From positions 7,006,001 through 7,070,000 of the forward strand of contig NC_045717.1 in the NCBI RefSeq assembly GCF_009834535.1: a stretch of 64,000 nt of DNA, written 5' to 3'. Below are positions 11,640 to 23,909 of the stretch, in pieces; positions within the stretch are counted from its first letter, which is position 1; each line of letters begins with the position of its first letter. The notes below the pieces were generated by a model. It was not told the DNA's origin, ran no database searches, and saw nothing but the letters and a program-made list of their open reading frames with translations. Source of the stretch: Camelus ferus. Taxonomy: Eukaryota. The translations under genes were made by a program, and so were the position numbers.

Positions 11640-12460
11640 ATCTATTTAGTGCCTCGTATGTGACAGACACTTTGGCCATAATTATTTTACTTCTTTCTCA
11701 CAAAGCCTCGGGCAAAAATATTCCCATTTGACAGATCAGCGTACCGAGACTCAGTAAAGGAAAGCGACGTCTCCAAAATCATACAGCCCCGAAATGGCAG
11801 AGCCGGGATTCAAACTTAGGTTTCTCAGACACTCAAGCTTCTCCCCACCAAGGCTCCTGACAGTAACTTGGGGTGTGTGTGTGTGTGTGTGTGTGGCTTT
11901 GGACGTGTCTCTCGTCTCGCCTGAAAAAAGTGTTGCCACTACCAGGGGACGAAATGTGTTTCTCATCATTTTTGAGTGTTTGAGACGATTCAAGGAGAAG
12001 CAGTAGCCAGGCATTGAGGACAAGCACCTCATCCCAGCTGGAGCAACTGGTTCAGCCCGTGATGTCCCTTTGGGGCTGAGAGCAGTTGAGGGAGCTAGTC
12101 TGTGCCTCAGCGTGGGGCTCAGGGGGTTGTATCAGCAAAGCCAGGGATGTGTGTATATTGAAGCTGTGGTGGGGGATCCAGAGGAGACCTCGGTATGACT
12201 CTGCCCTATAAATCATAATCTACCACCCAAGTGTGAGGGAGAGAGAGGGGGAGAGGCAAAGGAATGCATGAAACTGACATTTTTGAAACCTTAACAATAT
12301 TCGGGGCCCTGTGCCAGACACTTGCACACATATCTCACTTGAGCCTCACAGCACCCTGCCAGGTAGATAGAATTTTAGTTCCTTTTTTTTAGATAAAGAA
12401 ACAGAGGCTCAGAGGCTCAGAGGCTCAGAGAAGTGCAGGAACTTGCATAAATCACATAAA
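11640..12460 (-). mobile_element. Two MIRs (~11640-11860, ~12290-12460)
   Basis: CCCATTTGACAGATCAGCGTACCGAGACTCAG and TTTAGATAAAGAAACAGAGGCTCAGAG cores; the second has an (AGAGGCTC)x3 micro-duplication at 12402-12430. Confidence 0.68.
11873..11894. repeat. (GT)11 microsatellite
   Basis: Counted directly. Confidence 0.95.
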
Positions 12461-12569
12461 CGTTACGTGGTATGCTGCGTCCCATCTACCAACTCTTTCT
12501 TCCATAATAAAGGTCTTGTTATCTTTAGATTTTCCCAGTTTAGCATTTTCCCCAAAGAAGGTCACTGCC

Positions 12570-13030
12570 CAATCCACATCTATTCACACACCCATCCACT
12601 CATTTATACACCCTTCCATCCATCTATGCCTATATCTAATCTACATGCATAACCATTCAGTTATTCTAACCATCCACTCACACATGCATTCACACTGCCA
12701 TCCATCAGTGCATGTACATATGCATCCGTCAGCACGTCATCCAACCACAGATTCACTAGACAACGTCCAACTACCCAACCAGCCATTCAGCCACCTATTG
12801 GCCCACCCACCCACACATCAATCAATTACCCATTCACACATATATCCACCCATCTATCTGTCTCCCACCTGTTCGTTCAACCAATCATTCCGTGATTCAT
12901 CCACTCATCCATTTTTCATTCATTCATCCTCTCATCCAAACACATAACCAACCACACACTATCCATCATCCCTTCCACATGTCTAATCATCCATTCATCC
13001 TTCGTTGATCACTTCAGCCACCCAGCCATC
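12570..13030. repeat. (CCAT/CATT)n degenerate low-complexity repeat
   Basis: Run of CATCCA/CACCCA/CATTCA units; source of the His/Pro/Ser-rich ORFs in the track. Confidence 0.85.
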
Positions 13031-13061
13031 CACTTTTCACGTGTACAAAAACACATACATG

Positions 13062-13305
13062 CTGCAATGTTTAATTTCATGTGCCAAGTTGGCTGGGTGG
13101 TGGTACCCAGATATTTAGTCAAACAGTAGTCAAGATACTGCTGTGAAGGTATTTTTTTAAATGAGATTAACATTTAAATCAGTGGACTTTGAGTAAAGCA
13201 GATTACCTTCCACAGTGTGGGTGGGCCTCATCCAATGAGTTGAAGGCTTTAAGAGGAAAAAAAATGTTGAGGTTCCCTGAGGAAGAAGGAATTCTGATGC
13301 TTATA
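13062..13305 (+). mobile_element. ERVL LTR fragment, MLT2-like
   Basis: TTAATTTCATGTGCCAAGTTGGCT...GCTGTGAAGGTATTTTTT...GACTTTGAGTAAAGCAGATTACCTTCCACAGTGTGGGTGGGCCTCATCCAAT. Confidence 0.85.
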
Positions 13306-13309
13306 GATT

Positions 13310-13600
13310 TAAGAGATATTTTAAAGCAGCATCCTCAGGTCTTGGTGACTGAAAGATGACAGTGTCAAGGAGAACCCCGTGTTTCTGGCTTGAGAGATGA
13401 GACAAGTGGAGGTACCACTGCCGAGAACGAGGAAGTAGGAGAGGAAGGGAAGGCAGTGGGCCGCTTTGGGTTGGCAGTTCCTAGGGAATATGTCGGGGGG
13501 ACATTCAGTAGATGGGGAGATATGATCAGCTGGAGATTAAGGAACAGAGAAGAGAGTATAGAGGCTGAGTATAGAGGAATAAGTAGGTGACAATCCTATT
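13310..13600 (-). mobile_element. L2 fragment (antisense)
   Basis: GTCAAGGAGAACCCCGTGTTTCTGGCTTGAG...CAGTAGATGGGGAGATATGATCAGCTGGAG. Confidence 0.62.
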
Positions 13601-14599
13601 TGAACAGAGGGGCTTCAGGGCCATAAACAGACTTCTATAGGGGAACGGCAAGGGGATCCCAGAAGACTGGTTTCTGCCCCAGCTGGGGTCCTGACCTCCC
13701 CCTGCTCTGAGCTCCTGGGAGGAGTTTGGCCCCTACCAGGGGGCCCTCCAAGCCGTTCCCTCTTTCTCTGGGGTTCATGGAGGGTTCACAGGAGCAGACG
13801 GACCCCGTAGGGCTCCAGCACAGATGGGAAATGGGGCCATCGCGGGCTCCGGCCAAGGGGTGGGCCCCAGAGCTCCAGCTGGAAACCCCATTTGGGGGCT
13901 GCGGGGATGTGTGTAAAACTGCTCCCTGGGTGGTTCAGGCTGGTGCAGCTCAGAGAACAAACTGTTGTCTCTGCCATAAATCCCCTCGGCCATAAAGTTC
14001 CTTCCCCCCTGACCCCTTGGCTGGTGTGAGAAACTGAGGGCAGGGCAGGGCAGGGTGATGACCTCCTGACTCTGGGGCCACTGGCCTCCCAGCCCACCAT
14101 GTCGCTCCTTTCAAGGCTTCCCAGGCCTGCTCAGGGCCCCAACACTGAGGGACGCCAGCCCAGCCTGGGAGTCAGAAGCCCTGGTTCAAGACCCAGCAGT
14201 GCCCTGGTTTCCCGTTAGGTCACTGTCCCCCATCCATATCTCAGTTTCTCATTAGCAAATTGCCTTTGAGATTCCTGTCTTGCCTCTGGAGGGGACTGTA
14301 GGGGTCAAGGAAAAGGGGCAATTTAATTCACATGCTCCATCATTTAACCTCTCTGGGCCTCAGTTTCCTCACCTGTAAGATTGATAAGAGGGTTGTGTGG
14401 GTAAAGTGAGATACTAAATGAGGTTCTGCAAGCAAAGTACAAAATCCAGAGCTTTAGAGCAAAGCTTTTTGAAAGACACACATACGCCTTTCCCCTTGTA
14501 AAATGTCTAAAGGATGTTCAAACGGCCATTTAACACTTTGATGACTAGGGAAAATGTGACTCATAATAATTTTGTATATTGCCTGGAAAATGACATGAT

Positions 14600-14830
14600 A
14601 TGTTTTGTTGCACCTCATTTTCCTAGGATTTTTATTAATTTATGTTGCAAATGTGTGTATTATATAAAAATGAATGCACATGGTACAAAACTAAGACTTT
14701 ATACATGACAAGCAAGCCATCGTCACACCCCAGTTTCCCAGCTACGTAGTTCCCAACCAGTATTTAACAGCTTTTTGTGTATTCTTCTAGAAAACTTTAT
14801 ATACATACGTATATATGTAGACAGGTGAGG
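14600..14830 (-). mobile_element. Probable old L1ME-like fragment
   Basis: AT-rich segment with TTTTGTGTATTCTTCTAGAAA, resembling the antisense strand of L1ME; weak match. Confidence 0.4.
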
Positions 14831-16204
14831 GAAGGAGCCAACACACTGCTGAGTAACTGAGGTCACTGATGTGGACCACAGGGAGCTGCAAAAGCAAGTG
14901 GAGAAAGTGGAGAGGAATCTGTGGTGCACCATGGAGATGGCCCCCTTCAGGACCGAGGCGCTCACTCCCCAGCTGCCCACGGTGTCACCTGATGATGGTG
15001 CAGAGCTGAGTCCCTCTCCAGGAACTGCCCTCAGTCAATTGAGCTGCCTCGCCCGAGTCTACACCCTTCCCAGGGGCAGCGCACATCCAACAACTGGCCC
15101 CCACGCCTCAAATCCAACCGCCTGGAAGTACCACCCCAGCCCCAGATTGGATTGGGGAGGCCTTTGTTTCCATTGCAAGGCAGCTCAGTTTCTCCCTTTG
15201 CCCAGGCCTGCTCCCCTCACCCCCTCAGAGGACTCCCTGCCCATGATGCAGTGGTGCAACTCTAAAAAACTTGCACTAGCTTTTTAAGAGGTTGGGGAGA
15301 CGGGTCATTACAACAATCCTGGAAGCAGATGGCTGTTGCCAAGCGTCAGAAAAGCTATGGTGTGTTCATCAGACCAGATGAACGAGAAGTGGCGAGTATA
15401 CTGGAGACCTTGGTAAGAAACCTGCCTTACAGAGAGCAGGAGGAAGACTGCATGAAGAGTCAGGGAGCCACCCTGTGGGTGCTGTTTTTAGGGGTCCCGC
15501 AGTCCTGGGGCATGCTGAGTCAACTCCCTTGAAAGGAAAGAACAACTTACTGCATCTCACAGCTCCCACCATGAAGAAGGGAGCATGGTGCCTGGTGTAC
15601 ATTTCACACTTGGCAACACTGTCCTGATCCATTGACCAAGTGACATGGAGGCTGGGCTGTGCATGGGAGGTGAGCAAGGAAGGGAGGCGAGCAAGGAAGG
15701 GAGGCAGTCAATACGATCCTGAGCTCTGAAGCCAGGATGACGGGTCACCTGTGTTTCCATCACTTACGGCTCTGTGACCTCGGTGGGGGTAGTAACGGTG
15801 CCTCCCTTGAGGCTGCAGGGAGTTAGTACATCTAAAGCTTGTAGAAAAGTTCCTGGCACATGGTAAATGCTTATTAACTGACTATAAATGACAGAGTGGC
15901 AATCAAAACCCAGGCTTAAGCCAAAGGTCCTTTCCACTGCATCACCCAAGAGATGGGACCAAATGGCACTAAAGCCAAGGAAAGCATGAGCTGCCCATCC
16001 CGGGACAGCAATGGGGATGCTGCAGCAGTCATGGGGCAGCTCAGAGCGGAGGAAGACAGGCGGAGAGAGCGAAGCAGCTTCTGTGGCTTCAGCAAACACA
16101 GCTTGTGAGCTGCAGATTAGAGTTTTCAGAGTCTAGGCTGGCCCAGGTGGGCTGCAGAAGTCAAGGCAGGTGACACGAGACACCACAGTAACACTGGTAA
16201 TAAT

Positions 16205-16425
16205 AATACGTAGGCAGACAACACAGGGGTGGGGGTAAGAGTTATAAACTATTAGGTATAAAATAAGCTGCAAGGATGCATCGTACAACATGGGGAATAA
16301 AGCCAATATTTTACAATAACTATAAATGGAGTATAATCTTTAAACACTGTGAATCACTATACTATACACCTGTAACTTATATCGCACAGCACCCATACTT
16401 CAATTTAAAAAAAATAAAATTTAAA
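16205..16425 (+). mobile_element. L1 3'UTR fragment (laurasiatherian type)
   Basis: TATAAAATAAGCTGCAAGGATG...ACAACATGGGGAATAAAGCCAATATTTTACAATAACTATAAATGGAGTATAATC...TACTTCAATTTAAAAAAA, ending in an A-rich tail. Confidence 0.78.
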
Positions 16426-16429
16426 ATAT

Positions 16430-16830
16430 TAACTATAAATAAAAAGCCCCAAATACCCTGTGGCTTAACCAAAGGTAAACTTACTTCTCACTCATGTCAG
16501 GTCCCGTGACGGTGAGAGGTTGGTGGCTCTGCTTTAGGAAGTCACTCAGGGACCCAGGATTTTCCATCCTGTGGCTCCAGCAACTCCCAGCACCTCAGAG
16601 TCTGCTGGAGCATTTGCAAACGGCCAGGAAATGGGAGAGGAGAGATTGCACAAAGGATCCTGCAAGGAGGCTTTGGGGCTGAGCGGTGGCCCCATCACTG
16701 CCACCCGCCCTCCGTGGGGCAGATCTCAGTCATGGCCTCACTTGGCTGCAAGGGGGTGGGGAAGTGTAGACTAGCTGTGAGCCCAGGGAATAAGAGAAAA
16801 CAGATTTGGGGCACAGTTCGCCAGTGTCTG
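16430..16830 (-). mobile_element. MaLR LTR, MLT1J/K-like
   Basis: GTGGCTTAACCAAAGGTAAACTTACTTCTCACTCATG...GTCACTCAGGGACCCAGG...GCTGCAAGGGGGTGGGGAAGTGTAG. Confidence 0.68.
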
Positions 16831-19787
16831 CCCTAGGCTTTGAGCAGGAAAGCCAGAATGATGTTTCCTCCAGGCCATCCTTATGCTTGGCCCACAGCTA
16901 AGCACTTGGAAGTCCTCACAGATGCCTGCCTCCGCGGAGAGCTAACGTGCAGCTGGGACTCCCAGGACAGAGGCTGTTTACAGCCCATGGCCGCTCTGCT
17001 GGGTCAGAGCCTGTCCAGGCACTCACTGTACTGAACGCAGCCCTGCCTCCCCTGGCTTAGAACGCTTCCCATTTGGGGTGGAGATTCACCCTAGTCATTC
17101 ATCAGCATCTGAATGCTGGAATTAGACAATTTGGGGTGAACCCAGCCTCTGCCCTTTGCTAGCTGGGTGACCTTGCTCAAGTCACTTAACCTTAACCTTG
17201 TCTTGTTTACCCAGGCTCTGTGACCAGAGCTCAGTGGAATCAAGATGAGATCATACATGTCCAGCCCAGTGCTGGGTGTACGGCAAGGACTCGTGTAATT
17301 AGCATCAGTCTTATTCCAACTTTTATTCCAGGTCAGTCAGCCTAACCCAGAAATGCCAGCAATGGGAAGATCTAGAAAGAACGTGAGGCAGAGCTGATAG
17401 GCAGGCGGGGAAATAGGGATCTGGGGTCATCACTTTCTCTGTCAGAGGGGCTCAAGGGAACACCCTCCTGACCTCCACTCAGCTCGCCCAGGCACGGGGC
17501 CAGGAGGCTTGCTCCGCTCCTTCCTCTGGAAGACCCCAGCCTGCTCCCTGGCTGCCCTGCTTCCAGCCAGCCCGCTCTGATCCATTCTCCACACTTCCTG
17601 TCCAGGGGGATCCGTCGAAAGCACAACCTCGGCTAGCTGCCCTGCCTGAAGCCGTGGTCCTCACCATGTTCAGGACGGAGCCGGAGTCCTTGAGAGTCTG
17701 CACCGTTCACCCTGACCCTGAGCCCGTTCCACCCCCTAGTGCACACCGCACCCACAGAACACCTGCTTTCTATGCTCCAGCAACTCTGATCTTCTTTCAG
17801 TTTCCAGAACTCAGCAGGCACTCACTTTCTCTCTCACTGTGAGCCTTGGCACATGCTGGTCCTTTGGCCGGAAATGGTCTTTCCCCATCCCCACCTAGCT
17901 AACTCCCACTCATCCTGCAGAGCCCAGCCTTAGATTTCATCTCTCCCAGGAACCAGATTCATGGTCGCTGGAGATTTCGTGTTCCATGACCCCCTTCATC
18001 TACTCCTGCAGCCCTCTGTCCTCTCCCCGACTCTGCATGCCGGTTTATTCTGAATGAATGGAGTGGTTTTATAACACTACTCTGTTTTATAATTTGAGAT
18101 GCCTCAACATTCAAGTTCAGCTTCAAAATTCACCCCAAATACACTATGTGGCTTCCGCCTTGGAAAGCCAATAACCAAATGCCAACCTCACTGTCATTTT
18201 TAGCATCCCTAAACTGTATGTGATAACTGGTCATGTATCACGTAGGTTTCCCATCACATCCAATCACTGTAACAGCATCAGTAATACAGACAAGACACAC
18301 CATTGTTAATATCTGAATATTTGCTTCCGAACAGAAGCAATGATGCCCAATGTAACTCTGAACAGAAATTGCCTTGGAGGATTTAGGCCTTATCAGTCAG
18401 TGAAAGGGTGATGCATCATTACAAGCAGAAAAGCCTTCATAATTCATGACACTTGTGAACGCTGTTCATTTTACGTACAAAAACAATCATTAAGAAAGTT
18501 CGGATAGTTCATTAAAGTTAACAAATTGACAGCTGTTGGAAGACACATGCCTGTGGGTCTCTCATTTTTCTACATACCTTAGGAGCCGAGTTCTGATTTT
18601 CCTTTCCATCCTGGAAGAGAGATTTGGTGTCTCCCTCCAGAGCAGTGAGTGTGTCTCCCAACCAGTATAACAGAGAAAATGTCTCCCTTCAGAGCAAAAG
18701 TCAGGCGAGATTTCTGCCCATTTTAAGGATCCAGTTCCCTCCACTTTGGGCTCCTCAGCGGTGACACAAACCCACTGCATGCGCAGCAGCCACCTGGCCC
18801 TTCCAGTCCCTGCACATCAGTCATATTCATGCTGCCTGCTCTGTTGTAGGTAAAAATGTCTTTTGCCTCTGACCAAGGAGTTTTGTGTCTTCTGCCAGCA
18901 TCCATGAAGCAGCGCAGGCCAACTTGTTAACTTATTAGTAGGTAACATTCAGACCCTTTACAGTTCTTGACAGCAGTTTATTTGAATATTAAGAAAGAGT
19001 TTGTCTTAGGTCAGGTTCCTTGGGAAACTGGCTCTGAGATTGGAAGTTGGATGGATGGATGTATGGATGGAGGGGTGGATGGATATGTGGATGGACAGAT
19101 GGAGAAAAAAAGGAAGGACTCCTCTTGGGGGTTCAGGCAGGAGAGGTGCATTGTCTCCCCAGGCCTGCAGAAGGGAGGCAGGTATGAAGCAGCAGATGAT
19201 GGGTGAATTCTCATATGCCGCTGCCTGACCCAGCACGTCTCGTTTCCAGTCTGCACACTGACCCTCTCTAAGGAGGGCTGCGATTAAACCCAGCTGAACA
19301 CTGAACCCCGGGGATGGGAACTCCACAAATTCTGCCCCCCTAATTGACAGGCAGATGGGGTTGTCAAACTCAGAGAGGGAAGGCTGCCCAGGATCAGGGC
19401 ACAGACTTCCCCCCTCGGCTGAAGGCTTTAATCGAGGGATTATGCACATGACTGTTTTTGGCCAGGTGAAATCTGTGAAAAGCAGACAGGGCTCAAAATG
19501 CAGCAGAAACCTGCTTTGAATTTACAAAGCAGACCTCCATGAGAGTGGAGGGGGGCTGACTGGAGAGCTCCCTTTCCAAGAGAGAGGGTGGAGGAAAGTG
19601 GAGAAAAAAGGTGGGGGAGGACTCACCCCTCCCACACACCCACCGCGTGTCAGGTAAGATGCTGAGAGGCTTAGAAATGGCAGCTCCAAACTCCAGTCAC
19701 CCCTCCACCACCTCCACGTGCAAGGACCACCTGTATGTTGCTACTGATAAGAACTCAAGCTCCCATCAGTAGGAATCATAACAGCAG

Positions 19788-20022
19788 TGAGGGCAGCAAA
19801 CTTTCTATAAAAAAGGGCCAGATAGTAAATAGCCTGGGTTTGTGAGCCATGTGGCCTCTTGTCCAACAATCCAATCCCACTCGGCCACTTGTGGTGTGAA
19901 AATAGTCACAGACAATCTGTCAACAAATGCATGCAGCTGTGTGCCAATAAAACTTTATTTGTATAAATAAAATTTTTTATTTTGAACAGGATTTGACCCA
20001 CGGGCCATAGTTTGCTCACCCC
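19788..20022 (-). mobile_element. hAT-Charlie MITE, MER58A-like
   Basis: GCAAACTTTCTATAAAAAAGGGCCAGATAGTAAATA...CCAATAAAACTTTATTT...CACGGGCCATAGTTTGCTCACCCC. Confidence 0.82.
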
Positions 20023-20237
20023 AATACAGACTTAACGTTATAAAACACTGTAGCCTATTTTAAATATTAGCATTGAACAAATTAAAGGACTTTTCAACCC
20101 ATGAAATACAAGATAGTCCCAAGATAATTTCAGGACCTTTTAAGAGTATCAATTCATATAGCACCGCAGGCAGGGTAGGGTAGTATGTTGTAAAGGGAAA
20201 TTTGTTAACCCCATCAGGGTGGTTCTGGGGCAGCACG

Positions 20238-20423
20238 TGGAGTGGCCAGATAGTACACAGGGTGCCCAGGGAAATTTAAATTTCAGGTAAATGACAAATA
20301 ATGTTTTAATAAATGTATGTTCATGCTTAATAGTTAGAAGGAACTAGAATATTTGGAACATACACTAAAAATAAATTGTTGTGTTTCTGGAAACACTTTT
20401 ATTTGCTAAATCTGGCAATCTTA
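20238..20423. mobile_element. hAT-family palindromic MITE, MER53-like
   Basis: GGCCAGATAG...AAATTTAAATTTCAGGTAAA...ATATTTGGAACATAC...TTTTATTTGCTAAATCTGGCAATCTTA. Confidence 0.68.
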
Positions 20424-20699
20424 ACAGTATGTATAATCTCATTAGAAGAAACTGTTGAATGTCTGTCTATACCTATGGCGTTGCACAGTTGTGAGGCCAG
20501 GGCCAAATGGAACTGGTGTCCCCAGAGTCCACCCCGACCCCACAAAGACCCCGGGGCCAAAGTAGAGAAGTCACCCCTGAAGTGGGCAGACCTAGGTTCA
20601 TACATCAATTGCTTGGCACTTAGCAGGAGCCCCATAAATTTTAGTTTGGGTTTCCATTCGTTTGTGTCCTGATATGTTTTACACTCCTTTTGTAAATTC

Positions 20700-21060
20700 T
20701 ATCACCAGTTCTGTGATCTTGACCAAGTTCCCTGACTTCTCCTGAGCCTTAGTTTTCCCATCTGTAAAATGGGGATAACAAAGGAAGAACCTCTTTCAGG
20801 GGGTTGTGGTATGAACCAATGCTTGTCAAATACTTAGCATGGTGCAAGCTGGCAATTAACATGCTCCCTGTGATTTTTAGTAAAAGCATAATAATAACTC
20901 ATTCATGCTTCCACTAAGTCCTCAAAACAATCAGAGAGGTGGCCATTAAGATCCCCATTTGACAGATCAGATAAACTGAGGCTCCAAGAAGCGAGGTCAC
21001 TCACAAGAAATAAGCAGCAATGATGGGATTTGACCCTGCGGCCTGGCTACAGTCACCTCA
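20700..21060. mobile_element. Adjacent MIRs in opposite orientation
   Basis: TTAGTTTTCCCATCTGTAAAATGGGGATAA (plus), then CCCCATTTGACAGATCAGATAAACTGAGGCT (minus). Confidence 0.72.
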
Positions 21061-22379
21061 GTGACGGGCAGGGCTGGGCCAGCTCCATACAGCCGGGCCA
21101 TAAAAGGCAGGCCAGGCTGCGGCGTGCAGGCTGCGGCGTGCCCTCCACAGATCTCAGACACAAGTCCCCCATCCCCACACCCCTATGTGCTAAGCAAGCT
21201 CCCAGCTGCCCGGCAGGGGACACTTGCCTGGAGAACAGGCACATTTTCCCCTGGGTCAGGTTGAACTGCCAGGGTTTTCCCAGCTGCTGCAGAGAAGATG
21301 GGGAGAATCCTTTTGTCTTTCAAATATCTTCCTTCCTCAACGCTGAGGACCCCTCGCAGTGCCCTAGACAGGAGTCTTTCCTTGTATTTTTCCCTGCACG
21401 TCATCTTTATCCATTTCCAGTCCTTACCTGACCCTGAACGTCTCTCTGGCAGCCCAGGGCAGGCTTGAAATCATCCCATCAATGATGTGTCATGATTTGC
21501 TTAGTGCTTGTCTTCACCACCAAGCTCCGTGGGGGTTGAGACTTCGTCTGTGTGATCCTTCTCCATCCCAGAGCCTGGCACCAGTGGAACCCCCTAAACT
21601 TGCTGAATGACTGACAAACTGAGGCAACTAATATCTTTCAGGCACATTCTATGTCCTGGCTCATTTATCTTCTTTTCCTCATTGCATCATCATACCAGTT
21701 CTTTGAGGTTAGAACTAGCACTCCCATTTTACAGATGAGGAAACTGAGGTTCACGGCCATAGTCACAGAAAGCACCATGACAGGGCAGTAAGAATGTGGG
21801 CTCTGCCACTTGCTGGCTGTGTAATTACAGGCAAATTCCAAATCTGTTTTATGGGAACAATCACCTTACCTACTTCTGTCATTATAGAGAATGATAGAAA
21901 GTATTCAGCTTATTAAAGTTAAAGTTGAAGTTATTAAAGTTAAGAATTTTATGAATTATTAACACAATTAAAACCGTGTAATTATTAGGGTTCTGATTCA
22001 CGCAGCTAGTAAGTGTGGCGCTGCATCAGAGGGAAGCAAGACAAGAAAAGGGAGGGGGGGCTGGAGATCACTGGACCTTTTCCTAAAAAGAAAGGTCTGG
22101 CTTTGCCATTCCTGACTCAGCGGACCGAGTTACCCCACCACCCCAGGCTGGGGCGGGGGCAGGCCGTGCTAAGGATTGAATGGGAGAGGAAAGGAAAAGG
22201 GTAGCGCAGGGTCTGGGCTTTTCTGCCCCTCTGAATAGCCATTCATCTCTGTTCTCCCCTAAACCTGGAATGAAAGCTTCTTGCCTCCCGGAAAAGGTGT
22301 AGGACTCAGGGTGGCTGAGTCGTCCCAAGGGAGCCCCGTTTCCAGGAGCACATCTAGCTCAACAAGCATTGTGGGAAAG

Positions 22380-22730
22380 ACCTCGGTTCTGGGGCAGGAC
22401 CCACCTGAGGTCAAACCCAGGCTGGTCCACATGGACGTGTGACCTTGGGCAGGCAGCTTCAGACCTTGGGCCTCAGTTCCTTTTTGGGGGGTAGGGGCAT
22501 GTAATTAGGTTTATTTATTTAATTTTTTTTTTAACGGAGGTACTGGGGATTGAACCCAGGATCTTGTGCATGCTAAGCACGCGCTCTACGCTTGAGCTAT
22601 ACCCTCCCGTTTGGGCCTCAGTCTGAGCCACAGAATGAGTACAGAAAACACACCATACCGGGTTGCTGTGGGAATCAAATGAAACTAATGTAAGAAAGGC
22701 AGCCAGCACACACTAGGTGCTCCACCAACG
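22380..22730 (+). mobile_element. MIR, host of the SINE at 22478
   Basis: GTGTGACCTTGGGCAGGC...GGGCCTCAGT|...GGGTTGCTGTGGGAATCAAATGAAACTAATG. Confidence 0.72.
22478..22610 (-). mobile_element. Camelid-type tRNA-derived SINE, long-tail form, young copy nested in a MIR
   Basis: Minus strand GGGAGGGTATAGCTCAAGCGTAGAGCGCGTGCTTAGCATGCACAAGATCCTGGGTTCAATCCCCAGTACCTCC...AAATAAACCTAATTAC. Perfect 12-bp TSD TTGGGCCTCAGT at 22466-22477 and 22611-22622. Confidence 0.92.
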
Positions 22731-23909
22731 TCAGGTGGAGTTCCCTCCCCCTCTGCTCCTACATCTGTCTCCCGGTCCCCATCTCCCTCCAGGTCTCCCT
22801 CTCTTCCCCGCTCATTTCAGGGCAGGAGTTGGAAGGCACTAGAAGCCCATCTTGGAGGCAAGCCGTAGGCCCTGCAGAAGGGATCTAGGGCCAAGCATAA
22901 CATCAGATTATTAAAAATGTGGATTGTAAACACCAGCATAACCGGCCAGAACACAGTGGCCACTAGACCACAGCCCAGCTGCTCCTCATGCCCAGGGCCA
23001 CACCTCCTGCTGCCCCTGGACCTGGGATGGGCCCAGCGCCACAGGCACCGGGCACAGGCTGGTGTGTTTTCCCAGAGCTGAGCCCAGGGGCCCTGGCCAA
23101 ACACTGTCCTCATAGTCAGAAGGCCTGGGGAACAGCTACAGGGTCTGTCCTCAGAGGGGCAAGGGCCTCTCACTCAACCCACCCCCTGCTCTTGGCCATC
23201 AGACAAGCCCTAAGGAGGTAGCCAGACGCCAGGCCCCACAGGGACTCTGCTCTGGCAACGTGGCGCTTGGTGCAGCACACAGACCCAGATGGGAGCACCA
23301 GCATCCCCAGGTAGCTGCTGTGTGAGCTCAGGCAAGTCGCTTTACTTCTCTGAGCCCCAGGGTGCTCACCTAAAAGACGAGAATTTTAAGGGTCACCCCC
23401 TCCCCAAATTGTGGTGTGAGGGTTAAATGAGATAATTCATTTCACCACACAGTGTCTGGCAGAATAAAAGCATACCCTTGGTTCAGCCCCAAGCTCCACG
23501 AGATTGAGGCTGGAGACCAAGGTCCCATCATAACTGGGGACCACATGATCACTGGAGTCACCAATTTTGTTAGCACTCGAAGAGGAGCAGCCTGGGGGGA
23601 AGGGGTGAGTGAGTGGGCTTTGGAGCCAAACAGCTAGATTGGAACCCCAAGCCTGTGATGTCCAGTTGTCACTGCCCTAGCTGAGCCCCAGATATGGCCT
23701 CGCTGCCTGGCTTCATTTACTCACTGAAGAAATTATTGAAGTGATTCTTGAGTATCTACAATGTGTGCAGCTCTACCACCCATGGAAGCATCAGGCTGGG
23801 TTCCTTCCTCAAGGCTGTTGTAACGATTCAGGGAGGTACTGTGTGGACGATGCCTGGTGTTTGGCGAGTAACCAGTAGGTCGTCTGTCGCACGTTGATTA
23901 CTGTCTGCC

